DNA of 64,000 bases from Candidatus Nanopelagicales bacterium (GTDB lineage Bacteria > Actinomycetota > Actinomycetes > S36-B12 > UBA5976). The position numbers and the translations under genes are program-made. The stretch lies in assembly GCA_041687715.1 (NCBI GenBank), contig JBDNJO010000001.1, forward strand, positions 6-64,005, read 5' to 3'. The notes below the pieces were generated by a model. That model was not told the DNA's origin. It saw only the letters and a program-made list of their open reading frames with translations, and did no database searches. Shown in pieces: positions 45,035 to 55,434 of this stretch; the stretch's first letter is position 1, and every line of letters starts with the position of its first letter.

Positions 45035-46528
45035 ATGACTAACCACATCACGCACTGGATCGATGGCAAGCTTTGGACTGGCAAGGCTGCGCGAACTGGC
45101 GATGTTTACAACCCAGCCACTGGCAAAATCTCCGGCACCGTTGACTTTGCTTCAACTGCTGACACGGATTCCGCAATTGCCGTAGCCAAGCGCGCTGGTT
45201 TGGAATGGGCAGCGACCTCACTTTCCAAGCGCGTAACAATCTTGTTTGCCTTCCGTGAGATCTTAAATGCACGCAAGGAAGAACTTGCTGCGATCATCAC
45301 AGCCGAACACGGCAAGGTTCTCTCTGATGCGCTTGGCGAAGTCATGCGTGGTCAAGAAGTTGTGGAATTTGCTTGTGGTATCCCGCACTTACTCAAGGGT
45401 GGTTACTCGGAAAGCGTTTCAACTGGCGTTGATGTTTACAGCATCCGTCAACCATTAGGTGTTGTCGGAATTATTTCCCCGTTCAACTTCCCGGCCATGG
45501 TGCCAATGTGGTTCTTCCCAGTGGCAATTGCAGCAGGAAACTCAGTAATTGTTAAGCCTTCTGAAAAAGATCCAAGTGCGCAAAACTTTGTAGCTCAGAT
45601 GTGGAAAGACGCTGGCTTGCCAGATGGAGTTTTCAATGTTGTGCATGGAGACAAAGAAGCAGTTGATCGCATTCTTACTCACCCAGATGTAAAGGCAGTA
45701 AGTTTCGTTGGCTCGACTCCAATCGCGAAATACATCTACGAAACTGGCACAGCGCACGGTAAGCGAATCCAAGCTCTTGGTGGCGCAAAGAATCACATGA
45801 TCGTGTTGCCAGATGCTGATTTAGATCTTGCTGCAGACTCGGCTGTAAACGCTGGCTTTGGTTCAGCTGGAGAGCGCTGCATGGCAATCTCGGCACTGGT
45901 TGCAGTTGGACCAATTGCTGATGACTTGATTTCAAAAATCGAAGATCGCATGGGCAAAATTGTCACAGGTGATGGAACTCGTGGAACTGACATGGGCCCA
46001 CTTGTTACAGGAATTCATCGTGACAAAGTCAAGGGCTACATTGACACTGGAGTTGCCGAAGGCGCCAAGATTGTTGTAGATGGTCGCGACGTTGTACCTG
46101 ATAGTGATGGCGAAGGCTATTTCATTGGCCCAACACTTTTCGACAATGTAACTAAAGACATGACAATCTACAAAGACGAAATCTTCGGCCCAGTACTTTC
46201 CGTCATTCGTGCAAAAACCTACGACGAAGCAATCAAATTAATTAACGATCACCCTTACGGTAATGGAACTGCAATTTTCACTAACGATGGTGGCGCAGCT
46301 CGCCGCTTCCAGAATGAAGTAGAAGTAGGAATGATCGGTATTAACGTGCCGATTCCTGTTCCCATGGCGTACTACTCATTCGGTGGCTGGAAAGCTTCAT
46401 TATTTGGTGATACTCACGCACACGGTACTGAAGGTGTCCATTTCTTTACTCGTGGCAAAGTAATCACCAGCCGTTGGTTGGATCCAAGCCATGGTGGATT
46501 GAACCTTGGCTTCCCAACCAGCGGGTAA
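45035..46528 (+). CDS. mmsA: CoA-acylating methylmalonate-semialdehyde dehydrogenase
   Basis: 497 aa. N-terminus HWIDGKLWTG and the GERCMA catalytic Cys context are typical of the MSDH branch of the ALDH superfamily. Confidence 0.85.
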   Translation: MTNHITHWIDGKLWTGKAARTGDVYNPATGKISGTVDFASTADTDSAIAVAKRAGLEWAATSLSKRVTILFAFREILNARKEELAAIITAEHGKVLSDALGEVMRGQEVVEFACGIPHLLKGGYSESVSTGVDVYSIRQPLGVVGIISPFNFPAMVPMWFFPVAIAAGNSVIVKPSEKDPSAQNFVAQMWKDAGLPDGVFNVVHGDKEAVDRILTHPDVKAVSFVGSTPIAKYIYETGTAHGKRIQALGGAKNHMIVLPDADLDLAADSAVNAGFGSAGERCMAISALVAVGPIADDLISKIEDRMGKIVTGDGTRGTDMGPLVTGIHRDKVKGYIDTGVAEGAKIVVDGRDVVPDSDGEGYFIGPTLFDNVTKDMTIYKDEIFGPVLSVIRAKTYDEAIKLINDHPYGNGTAIFTNDGGAARRFQNEVEVGMIGINVPIPVPMAYYSFGGWKASLFGDTHAHGTEGVHFFTRGKVITSRWLDPSHGGLNLGFPTSG

Positions 46529-47429
46529 GCATCGCAAGCGATCAGACGGTCGCATAATTGGAATTTTCGCTGTTGCCCTAGGAACGATTATCTGGGGCAC
46601 AGTGGGTCCGGTCGTGAGACTGTTTCCAGCCGGCACCGAATTTCAGTATTCGCTAGTTCGTAATGTCACTGGAACTGCCGCTCTTTGGTTATTGGTTTTG
46701 TTTTCAAAGAACAAGCGTCGCTACACCAAACAAGACACAGTTCCGATTTTGGTCGGTGGAACAGGTGCTGCGCTGTTTTTCCCATTGTTTATTTTGGCTT
46801 TTCAATTGACTGGCGTTGGTGTCGCTGCCGTGGTTTCAATTGGTGTAGCCCCCATCTTTGTGGGCTTAATCGCTTGGATTGCACTTAAGCAGCCACCGGG
46901 CAAGCAGTGGGTAGTCGGAACATTAATTGCGGTTTCCGGCGTGGTAGCCCTGAATTGGCCAAGTGGAAATAACACAGTTAGTTTTCTAGGCGTTGCTTTT
47001 GCGATGGCAGCAGCATTTGGATATTCGATGCAGGCAACTGGAATGGGAATGATCTCAAAGCGCCACACCCCGTTTCAAAGTGTGGCTCCGATGTTCACAA
47101 TCGGAACGGTGTTTCAAGCGCCGTTAAGTTATGGGCGCGATTTTAGTTTTCTGCAAGATCCTGTCCTACTTCTTGGCGCTCTTTACGGAGGCATAGTCAC
47201 TGTTGCGTTTGCTTACGCATTCTTCATTTATGGAATTGCCAGAATCGGAGCCGCAACTGCCGTAACCGTAGGACTCATGGAGCCACTAACTGCATCAATT
47301 TTAGGTGTGGTTCTTTTGGGCGAAATAGTCTCGACAGTAGGACTGATTGGATCTGCGCTCATTCTTGCTGGCTTAGTTGTAGTAAGCCGGCCACCAAGGC
47401 AGAAGCAAGTACCACTAGCCCCTGTTTAA
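46506..47429 (+). CDS. EamA/DMT-family transporter
   Basis: 307 aa with about 10 TM helices and two EamA-like halves. The TTG start overlaps mmsA by 23 nt, so the start is uncertain. Confidence 0.7.
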   Translation: MASQPAGKHRKRSDGRIIGIFAVALGTIIWGTVGPVVRLFPAGTEFQYSLVRNVTGTAALWLLVLFSKNKRRYTKQDTVPILVGGTGAALFFPLFILAFQLTGVGVAAVVSIGVAPIFVGLIAWIALKQPPGKQWVVGTLIAVSGVVALNWPSGNNTVSFLGVAFAMAAAFGYSMQATGMGMISKRHTPFQSVAPMFTIGTVFQAPLSYGRDFSFLQDPVLLLGALYGGIVTVAFAYAFFIYGIARIGAATAVTVGLMEPLTASILGVVLLGEIVSTVGLIGSALILAGLVVVSRPPRQKQVPLAPV

Positions 47430-47442
47430 TCTTCAGAAATTT

Positions 47443-48972
47443 TTAATCAGAAGAAACTAGCGCTGCAATTGCGCCAGATGCTACAACGTCAACAGCGGCT
47501 GCCATTTCTGGTGCAAGAAAGCGATCAGGTCCAACACCTGGTGTGACTTTTCGTAATTGCGCTAGAGCAGCGCCGGTAATCGGTGCGGGCTTAAGTGGTG
47601 AGCGCAAGTCAAGTGCGCGAGCCGCAGTGAAGTATTCGATTCCAACTATTTTGGTTAAGTTTGCAATCGCTTGGCGAAGTTTGCGAGCTGAACTCCAGCC
47701 CATTGATACATGGTCTTCTTGCATTGCAGAACTCGGAATTGAATCAACACTTGCTGGAACTGCTAGACGCTTATTTTCTGAAACTAAAGCAGCTTGCGTG
47801 TACTGCGCAATCATTAATCCAGAATCGACACCTGGGTCATCTGCCAAGAATGCAGGAAGTCCATGCGAGCGGGCCTTATCGAGCATGCGATCAGTTCGGC
47901 GCTCACAAATGGAACCAAGATCAGCCGCTGCAATGGCCAAGAAGTCCAATACGTAGGCAATGGGTGCGCCATGAAAATTTCCATTGGAAGATACCCGACC
48001 ATCTGCAAGTACAACTGGGTTATCAATGGCAGCTGCTAACTCGCGGGTCGCAACTAAAGTTGCGTGAGCAATTGTGTCGCGTACAGCGCCAGTTACTTGG
48101 GGTGCGCACCGAAGCGAGTAGGCATCCTGGACAACTGATGTGTCATTAATGTGGGAAGCCACTATTGGACTGCCCTTCAAGGCATTAAACATATTGGCTG
48201 CACTTAATGCTTGACCTGGATGTGGTCGAAGTGGCATGTGCAATTCAGGTAAGAAAACTTGATCCGTTCCAAGTAATGCCTCGACACTCATGGCTGCAGT
48301 TACGTCAACAGAATCGCACAACATTTCGAGATCAGAAATTGCCATAATCAACATGCCAAGCATTCCGTCTGTACCGTTAATAAGCGCAAGGCCTTCTTTC
48401 TCGCGAAGTTCAACAGGTTTGATTCCAGCATTTCGTAATGCAACGTCAGCAGAAATTATCTCCCCAGATTCCGTTACAACTTCGCCTTCTCCCATCAGAA
48501 CCAGGGCGCAATGTGCAAGTGGGGCTAAATCTCCACTGCATCCGAGGGAACCAAATTCATAAACAGCCGGCGTGATGTTTGCATTTAAGATCGTAGCCAT
48601 AGTTTCAACAACAACTGGACGAACGCCAGTGTGGCCAGAGCAGAGAGTTTTCAAACGAAGCGTCATCAGCGCACGCGTAACTTCACGTTCCACAAGATTT
48701 CCAAGGCCTGCTGCATGCGAACGGATTAACGATTTTTGTAACTGAACGCGAGACTCGGGTGTGACATGTCGATTAGCAAGTGCCCCAAAACCAGTAGAGA
48801 TTCCATAAACCGGATCAGGTGAAGAAGCTAATGCATCAACTCGGCTGCGGGTTAAAGCCACTGCCGCTAAAGCCTGCGGGGAAATCACAACTTTCGCATC
48901 GTGACGCGCGATTGCGAGCACATCATCTAATGTCATACCCGTTGTGTTGATGACAACTTCGGACTTAGCCAT
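47443..48972 (-). CDS. hutH: Histidine ammonia-lyase
   Basis: GSLGCSGDLAPLAH is the MIO-forming loop. The ATG at 48972 lies 6 nt after AAGGAG and overlaps the hutI stop by 8 nt. The track start was 48996. Confidence 0.9.
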   Translation of the reverse strand: MAKSEVVINTTGMTLDDVLAIARHDAKVVISPQALAAVALTRSRVDALASSPDPVYGISTGFGALANRHVTPESRVQLQKSLIRSHAAGLGNLVEREVTRALMTLRLKTLCSGHTGVRPVVVETMATILNANITPAVYEFGSLGCSGDLAPLAHCALVLMGEGEVVTESGEIISADVALRNAGIKPVELREKEGLALINGTDGMLGMLIMAISDLEMLCDSVDVTAAMSVEALLGTDQVFLPELHMPLRPHPGQALSAANMFNALKGSPIVASHINDTSVVQDAYSLRCAPQVTGAVRDTIAHATLVATRELAAAIDNPVVLADGRVSSNGNFHGAPIAYVLDFLAIAAADLGSICERRTDRMLDKARSHGLPAFLADDPGVDSGLMIAQYTQAALVSENKRLAVPASVDSIPSSAMQEDHVSMGWSSARKLRQAIANLTKIVGIEYFTAARALDLRSPLKPAPITGAALAQLRKVTPGVGPDRFLAPEMAAAVDVVASGAIAALVSSD

Positions 48973-50167
48973 GATTTCTCCTTTTAGTGACATCAAATTG
49001 CGTCTTGCCAGCTTGCCAGACGTTTGTAACTAAAGGTACGCCTGGTCGATAGGCCAGGTGTAGGTGCGAGGGTGCGTTGAGCGCAACTAAATCAGCGCGG
49101 CTACCAACTTTAAGTTGTCCAACATCATTTCGACGTAATGCCTTTGCGCCGCCAAAAGTTGCCGCATGCAAAGCTTGCTCTGGAGTCATGTGCATTTCGC
49201 GGACTGCCAAAGCAATCATGAGGGGCATGTTTGTCGTAAAGCTAGAACCAGGATTGCAGTCTGTTGCTAGCGCAACATTTACACCAGCATCCAATAAGTC
49301 TTTGGCGCGCGGGTAAGTAGAGCGGGTAGAAAATTCTGCGCCTGGAACTAAGGTCGCAACAGTATTACTTTTAGCAAGCAAATTGATGTCGCTGTCACTT
49401 AGGTGAGTGCAATGGTCAATTGAGGCGCAATCAAGAGCTGTGGCCATTGCCACAGCGCCAATGTTTTCAAGTTGATGTGCGTGAATTCGGGGGCGTAATC
49501 CTTTTGCGATTCCTGCAGTAAGAATTCTCTGTGCTTGCTTAACATTAAAAGCACCACGATCACAAAAAACATCTATCCATTTTGCGTGTGGCGCACAGGT
49601 TTCTAACATTTCGCCGACAACTAAATCAACGTATTCTTCAGTCCGATCGGCATACTCAACTGGGACAACATGTGCCCCCATGAAAGTAACTTCAGAGGTG
49701 AATTCGTTCGCGATTCGCAGACTTAATGCTTCAGTTTCAACATCAAGGCCGTAACCTGATTTCGTTTCAAAGGTAGTAATCCCAGATTCAAGCATTTCAG
49801 TGCTTAAGTGCTGGATGTTACTTCGCAAATTTTCAGCTGATGCGCTTCGAGTAGCAGCAACTGTGGTTTTAATGCCGCCAGCTAGGTATGGCTGCCCAGA
49901 CATTCGCGCCGCAAATTCTGCGCTTCGTTCCCCAGCAAAAACCAAATGCGCGTGGCTATCAACAAATCCTGGAATTAATGCTTTGCCATGTAGGTCAATT
50001 ATTTTTGATGTTGCATTGGACTTTACTTCACTTGCCGAGCCAACCCAGCTAACAAATCCATTAGTTACGACGATTGCAGCGTTATCAATTATTCCCAGTA
50101 AGCCGTTGTTAACTTCAGGATCATTAGTTACCAATTCACTAATGTTGGTAATCGCCAGACTGCTCAT
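48965..50167 (-). CDS. hutI: Imidazolonepropionase
   Basis: 400-aa amidohydrolase fold with PGFVDSHAHLVFAG and ATDCNPGSS. Confidence 0.9.
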   Translation of the reverse strand: MSSLAITNISELVTNDPEVNNGLLGIIDNAAIVVTNGFVSWVGSASEVKSNATSKIIDLHGKALIPGFVDSHAHLVFAGERSAEFAARMSGQPYLAGGIKTTVAATRSASAENLRSNIQHLSTEMLESGITTFETKSGYGLDVETEALSLRIANEFTSEVTFMGAHVVPVEYADRTEEYVDLVVGEMLETCAPHAKWIDVFCDRGAFNVKQAQRILTAGIAKGLRPRIHAHQLENIGAVAMATALDCASIDHCTHLSDSDINLLAKSNTVATLVPGAEFSTRSTYPRAKDLLDAGVNVALATDCNPGSSFTTNMPLMIALAVREMHMTPEQALHAATFGGAKALRRNDVGQLKVGSRADLVALNAPSHLHLAYRPGVPLVTNVWQAGKTQFDVTKRRNHG

Positions 50168-50170
50168 TTT

Positions 50171-51871
50171 TTAGAGTAAATTTCCGGCTGAATCAGTTAG
50201 TGCGTGGTCATGCTCCAGCATTGGAATTCTGACATTTTTCGCTTTTGCAACATCCATCGCTTGGTCATAGCCAGCATCAACATGGCGAATAACTCCCATA
50301 CCTGGATCATTTGTTAATACGCGAGCAAGTTTTTGTGCAGCCAGCGCAGTGCCATCAGCAACGCAAACTTGCCCAGCATGAATGGATCGCCCAATACCAA
50401 CGCCACCACCATGATGTATCGAAACCCAAGATGCACCTGAGGAAATGTTGATCATGGCATTTAGCAGCGGCCAGTCAGCGATGGCATCCGAGCCATCAAG
50501 CATTGCTTCTGATTCGCGGTATGGCGAAGCAACGGAGCCACAGTCCAAGTGATCACGGCCAATTACGATCGGCGCACTAACTTCACCGCTTGCTACAAGA
50601 TCATTGAAGGCTAACCCAGCTTTGTCGCGCTCGCCGTAACCAAGCCAGCAGATACGCGCGGGCAATCCTTGGAAAGCTACGCGTTCTTGCGCCATATTTA
50701 TCCAGCGATGTAAATGTTCATTCTCTGGGAATAAGTCCAGAACTGCTTTGTCTGTTCGCGCAATGTCTTTTGGATCTCCAGACAACGCTGCCCATCTAAA
50801 GGGCCCCTTACCTTCACAAAAGAGTGGCCGAATGTAAGCAGGTATAAATCCGGGGAATTGGAAAGCGCGATCAAAGCCACCCTTTCGTGCTTCGTCGCGA
50901 ATGCTATTACCGTAATCAAATACTTCAGCGCCTTTGTCCATGAATCCCACCATGGCTTCAACATGCTTGGCCATTGATTCTTGCGCCCGCTCAGTAAATT
51001 CTTCTGGTTTCTTTTCCGCGTATTCCCGAGCATCAGCAAAATCCATTCCGGCGGGAATGTAATAAAGCGGATCATGCGCCGAAGTTTGATCAGTAACAAT
51101 ATCAACCGCTACATCCATAGCAAGTAATTTCGGAAGTACTTCAGCCGCGTTGCCTACAAGCCCGACCGAAAGTGGTTGACGCGCAGCTTTAGCAGCTAAG
51201 CATCGACGAACTGCATCATCTAGATCAGTTGCAATTTCGTCTAAGTATCGAGTTTCAACGCGCCTGATTAATCGAGTTGGATCAATATCAATGGTCAAGC
51301 AAACGCCATCGTTCATAGTTACGGCAAGTGGTTGCGCGCCACCCATACCTCCGCACCCGCTTGTGACTGTCAACGTGCCAGCAAGTGTGCCGCCAAACTT
51401 CTTGGCTGCAACAGCTGCAAAAGTTTCATAAGTACCTTGCAAGATTCCTTGCGTCCCGATGTAAATCCAGGAACCAGCAGTCATTTGCCCGTACATAGTT
51501 AATCCAAGATGCTCGAGTCGGCGAAATTCTGGCCAAGTGGCCCAATCTCCAACAAGATTTGAATTTGCAAGAATTACGCGCGGCGCCCATTCGTGAGTTT
51601 GAAATACTCCAACGGGCTTTCCCGATTGAACCAACATGGTTTCATCGTTTTCTAAAGTAGTTAAAGTGCGCACGAGTGCATCGAAGGATTCCCAATTTCT
51701 GGCAGCTTTGCCAGTGCCGCCGTAAACCACTAATTCATCTGGGTACTCGGCAACTTCTGGATCAAGATTGTTTTGCAGCATGCGCAGCGCTGCTTCTTGT
51801 CCCCAGCCTTTAGTGGTTAGGGTGGTGCCTCGAATTGCGCGGACTGGGCGAGGACCTGATGCCATTGTCAT
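50171..51871 (-). CDS. hutU: Urocanate hydratase
   Basis: 566 aa with [10 protein letters not shown] and [13 protein letters not shown] motifs. It ends 3 nt upstream of the hutI start. Confidence 0.95.
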   Translation of the reverse strand: MTMASGPRPVRAIRGTTLTTKGWGQEAALRMLQNNLDPEVAEYPDELVVYGGTGKAARNWESFDALVRTLTTLENDETMLVQSGKPVGVFQTHEWAPRVILANSNLVGDWATWPEFRRLEHLGLTMYGQMTAGSWIYIGTQGILQGTYETFAAVAAKKFGGTLAGTLTVTSGCGGMGGAQPLAVTMNDGVCLTIDIDPTRLIRRVETRYLDEIATDLDDAVRRCLAAKAARQPLSVGLVGNAAEVLPKLLAMDVAVDIVTDQTSAHDPLYYIPAGMDFADAREYAEKKPEEFTERAQESMAKHVEAMVGFMDKGAEVFDYGNSIRDEARKGGFDRAFQFPGFIPAYIRPLFCEGKGPFRWAALSGDPKDIARTDKAVLDLFPENEHLHRWINMAQERVAFQGLPARICWLGYGERDKAGLAFNDLVASGEVSAPIVIGRDHLDCGSVASPYRESEAMLDGSDAIADWPLLNAMINISSGASWVSIHHGGGVGIGRSIHAGQVCVADGTALAAQKLARVLTNDPGMGVIRHVDAGYDQAMDVAKAKNVRIPMLEHDHALTDSAGNLL

Positions 51872-51976
51872 CCTTTTGCTACTGGGTTAACGAGGTACTA
51901 ACCGAGGTTACTGTAGGCGCTTGCTTGATTCTTGGTAAACCCATGAGGTTAGGCTGGAAAAGTCGAAAGGTAAGAA

Positions 51977-52897
51977 ATGACCACTTTGCAAAATGACGAG
52001 TTATGGCCCCGAGCTGGCGCCTGGTTAAAGTCAGGCTCCGATTCACAACATACAGACATGGCGATTGTTGGAGTGGGTGCTCATTTGACTTCGCTAACGC
52101 CAACAAATGCGGATCAAACTCCAGATGCAATTCGGCAGGCACTATTTAGGTACTCTACTTATTCTTGGGAGCACGATTTAGACATCGCTTCTGTTTCAGT
52201 TAAGGATTTTGGTGACATTCCGGATCCAGACTGGGATGAAGGCGAAGCAAGAGTCTTTACCGCCATGGATTCCGTTCGCGGCAAACAAGATTTATTGGTT
52301 GCGCTGGGTGGGGATAATGCGGCAACTTATTCGGTCTGCAAGGGATTGTGGCGAGATCAGATCGACAAGTGCGGATTGATAACCATAGATGCACATCATG
52401 ACATCCGTGAAGGCATTAGCAATGGCTCACCAGTTCGTCGTTTAATCGCAGCTGGCTTGCAAGGCACTCACATTGTGCAAATTGGAATTAGTGACTATGC
52501 AAACTCTCCTGAGTATGCACGTCGCGTGAAGGAATACGGCATAACTGTAATTACTCGCGCAGAGATGCGAAATCGTTCCCTCAAGGACATCATGGACGAA
52601 GCAATTTCAATCGCGGGTGCAAGCGGTGGCGACATTCACTACGACTTGGACATGGATGTTTGCGATCGCGCCGTCGCGCCAGGATGCCCTGCTGCTACGC
52701 CTGGGGGATTAAGTGCTGACGATGTTCGACATTTGACATTCTTAGCGACTTCGCATGCCAAGGTGACTAGCATGGACATTACTGAAATTGATGCCTCAAT
52801 TGATTCAACGGATGAACGAACGATTCGACTTGGCGCATTGTGTGTTTTGGAAGCTGTGGCTGGCGTTGCCAGTCGCAAACTAGCAAGCATTTCTTGA
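51977..52897 (+). CDS. hutG: Arginase-fold hydrolase, probably formimidoylglutamase (HutG), with a non-canonical first metal-ligand motif
   Basis: It lies divergent from hutUIH. DAHHDIRE and DLDMDVCD motifs are present, but GGDNAAT replaces GGDH/GGGH (His to Asn). Confidence 0.6.
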   Translation: MTTLQNDELWPRAGAWLKSGSDSQHTDMAIVGVGAHLTSLTPTNADQTPDAIRQALFRYSTYSWEHDLDIASVSVKDFGDIPDPDWDEGEARVFTAMDSVRGKQDLLVALGGDNAATYSVCKGLWRDQIDKCGLITIDAHHDIREGISNGSPVRRLIAAGLQGTHIVQIGISDYANSPEYARRVKEYGITVITRAEMRNRSLKDIMDEAISIAGASGGDIHYDLDMDVCDRAVAPGCPAATPGGLSADDVRHLTFLATSHAKVTSMDITEIDASIDSTDERTIRLGALCVLEAVAGVASRKLASIS

Positions 52898-52921
52898 AAA
52901 ATAATAGCTACAGGAGAGATC

Positions 52922-54352
52922 ATGACTAAATTAAAGAATTTCATCGGTGGAAAATTTGTCGATTCAGTTGACGGAAATACTATGCCGTTTGAGAATCCTG
53001 CTATCGGCGAAGTTTATGGTCAAGCTCCGCTTTCCCGTGCTGGTGATGTTGACAATGCCTTTAAGGCAGCCGACGCAGCCTTCGATGGCTGGAAGCGATT
53101 AGCACCAGCTGATCGAAGCCTTGCATTATTTCGAATTGCAGATTCAATGGAAGCGCGCGCTGCTGAATTAGTAGCTGCTGAAGTGCAAAATACTGGAAAA
53201 CCAATTTGGTGGATGCGTGATGGCGAAATTCCACAGTGTGTAGATCACACTCGATTCCACGCAACCCTGGCTCGCAATCTTCCTGGATATTCAACCGGTG
53301 AATATTTAGCTGGCTACGATTCAACAGTTCGTCGCGAACCAGTTGGTGTCGCTGCTCAAGTTGCGCCTTGGAACTACCCACTACTGATGGCAGTTTGGAA
53401 GTTCGCACCTGCAATTGCCATGGGTAACACTGTTGTACTTAAGCCTTCGGATACGACGCCGCATACCGCATCGATCATGGCGGAAATCTTCGCGGAGCAC
53501 TTGCCTGCAGGTGTTGTAAATATTGTTTACGGTGATCGTGACACGGGGCGCGCAATGGTTTCCCACAAGCGACCAGATTTAATTTCAATTACAGGCTCAG
53601 TTCGCGCCGGTATGGAAATTGCAGCGAATGCAGCGCCAGACTTAAAGCGCGTCCACCTTGAACTTGGTGGAAAAGCGCCGGTAATTGTGTTCGCAGATTG
53701 CGACTTCGATCGCACGGTCGAAGAAGTTGCAACAGCTGGTGTGATGAACGCTGGCCAAGACTGCGCCGCAGGATGTCGGGTAATTGTTGAGGAAAGTATT
53801 GCTAAGGAATTTACCGCAGCACTTGCCAAGCGAGTATCTGAGTTTAAATTTGGTGTCCCCGAAGATGATGGTAACTACTACGGCGCACTTAATAGCATCA
53901 ATCAATTAGATCGCGTTCAAGGATTCATCGATAGATTGCCAAGCCATGCAGAGATTTTGACTGGCGGCAAGGCTTCTCGCCTAAACGGTGGTTACTACTT
54001 TGAGCCAACTCTTATTGGCGGCCTAAAGCAGGATGACGAAATGATTCAGACTGAAGTGTTTGCTTCAGTGCAAACTATTCAAACTTTCAAAAATGAAGCC
54101 GATGCAATTCGGATGGCTAATGATGTGGACTTTGGTTTGGCTGCCAGCATCTGGTCAACAGATCACCAGAAAATTATCCGAGTCTCACAGGACTTAGATT
54201 TTGGACAGATTTGGGTTAACTGCCACTTGGTCCAGGCTGGCGATATGCCAAATGGTGGCTTTAAGCACTCAGGTCATGGCAATGACTTAAGCGCTGAAGC
54301 AATTGAGGGCTACACCCGGGTAAAGCACGTAATGAGTTACACCGGGCGTTAA
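52922..54352 (+). CDS. NAD-dependent aldehyde dehydrogenase, PatD-like (gamma-aminobutyraldehyde dehydrogenase family)
   Basis: 476 aa. ELGGKAPVIVF, NAGQDCAAGCR and NGGYYFEPTL are closely parallel to E. coli PatD/Prr as I recall it. Confidence 0.75.
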   Translation: MTKLKNFIGGKFVDSVDGNTMPFENPAIGEVYGQAPLSRAGDVDNAFKAADAAFDGWKRLAPADRSLALFRIADSMEARAAELVAAEVQNTGKPIWWMRDGEIPQCVDHTRFHATLARNLPGYSTGEYLAGYDSTVRREPVGVAAQVAPWNYPLLMAVWKFAPAIAMGNTVVLKPSDTTPHTASIMAEIFAEHLPAGVVNIVYGDRDTGRAMVSHKRPDLISITGSVRAGMEIAANAAPDLKRVHLELGGKAPVIVFADCDFDRTVEEVATAGVMNAGQDCAAGCRVIVEESIAKEFTAALAKRVSEFKFGVPEDDGNYYGALNSINQLDRVQGFIDRLPSHAEILTGGKASRLNGGYYFEPTLIGGLKQDDEMIQTEVFASVQTIQTFKNEADAIRMANDVDFGLAASIWSTDHQKIIRVSQDLDFGQIWVNCHLVQAGDMPNGGFKHSGHGNDLSAEAIEGYTRVKHVMSYTGR

Positions 54353-54364
54353 ATCTAAACAGGT

Positions 54365-54404
54365 AGGCTAGGTGACTTAAGAGTTGCCTAGCCTTCTCTT
54401 GTTT
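54365..54404 (+). terminator. Stem-loop with T-rich tail between the ALDH and the carbamoyltransferase genes
   Basis: AGGCTAGG (54365-72) and CCTAGCCT (54387-94) form a perfect 8-bp stem with a 14-nt loop, followed by TCTCTTGTTT. Confidence 0.4.
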
Positions 54405-54435
54405 GCCAGTGTTTACTAGCTTCCCCGGAGTGGTC

Positions 54436-55434
54436 ATGGATCTTAAGAATCGCGATTTTCTAAAGGAGATTGACTTTACGAAAGATGAAATCGTTTTCTT
54501 GATCGATTTAGCAATTGAACTCAAGGCGCAAAAACGGGAACGTCGCGAAATTCAGCGAATGACTGGGCGAAACATTGCATTGATTTTTGAAAAGCCCTCA
54601 ACGCGCACTCGTTGCGCATTCGAAGTAGCTGCATTTGATCAGGGTGCACACACAACTTACTTAGATGGACTTTCCTCGCAAGTCGGACACAAAGAATCAG
54701 TCGCTGATACTGCGCGGGTACTTTCGCGCTATTACGACGCAATTCAATATCGTGGCCAGACGCAAGCAATGGTGGAAGAGCTGGCTCAATTCTCTGGCGT
54801 ACCTGTTTACAACGGCTTAACTGCGGAGTGGCACCCAACTCAAATGTTGGCAGATTTTCAAACCATGATTGAGCATTCAGGTAAGCGACCAGAAAATATC
54901 TCATTTGCTTACGTCGGAGATGCGCGATCCAACATGGGTAACTCACTAATTGTCACTTCTGCTTTGCTAGGGGCAGACATTCGAATTGCTTCACCAAAGC
55001 AACTCTGGCCATCAAAGCAAGTGCAAGAAATCGCTCAAAGCTACTTAGCAAAAAGTGGTGGTTCGATTTTGCTAACTGAAGATATGGATGAGGCACTTCC
55101 AGGTGCAGACTTCATCCACACTGATGTGTGGGTTTCCATGGGTGAGTCCGAAGAGGTATGGAAAGAACGGGTAGCACTTCTTGGCGGTTATCAAGTAAAT
55201 GAAATCAGCTTGGCGAAAACTGGAAATCCCAATTCCAAATTCATGCACTGCTTGCCTGGGTTCCATAACGAGCAAACGACTGTGGGTCGGGAAATTGCGA
55301 AAAAGACTGGCATGCATGACGGGCTGGAAGTTACCCATGACGTTTTTGAATCTCCAGCTAGCGTAGTTTTTGATCAAGCCGAAAATCGCCTTCACACTAT
55401 TAAGGCGATCATGGTTGCAACCATTGGCGACTAA
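54436..55434 (+). CDS. argF: Ornithine carbamoyltransferase (ArgI/ArcB-like type)
   Basis: [25 protein letters not shown] and FMHCLPGFH. Near-colinear with E. coli ArgI, including the C-terminus [19 protein letters not shown]. The start was moved from 54403 to ATG 54436. Confidence 0.85.
   Translation: MDLKNRDFLKEIDFTKDEIVFLIDLAIELKAQKRERREIQRMTGRNIALIFEKPSTRTRCAFEVAAFDQGAHTTYLDGLSSQVGHKESVADTARVLSRYYDAIQYRGQTQAMVEELAQFSGVPVYNGLTAEWHPTQMLADFQTMIEHSGKRPENISFAYVGDARSNMGNSLIVTSALLGADIRIASPKQLWPSKQVQEIAQSYLAKSGGSILLTEDMDEALPGADFIHTDVWVSMGESEEVWKERVALLGGYQVNEISLAKTGNPNSKFMHCLPGFHNEQTTVGREIAKKTGMHDGLEVTHDVFESPASVVFDQAENRLHTIKAIMVATIGD

Noticed and set aside
48532-48540. The hutH MIO-forming triad is Cys-Ser-Gly (TGC AGT GGA) instead of the textbook Ala-Ser-Gly
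   Set aside because: The Ser-Gly core needed for MIO formation is intact. I believe first-position variants (Thr/Cys) occur in other functional ammonia-lyases and aminomutases, so this is probably lineage variation rather than novelty.
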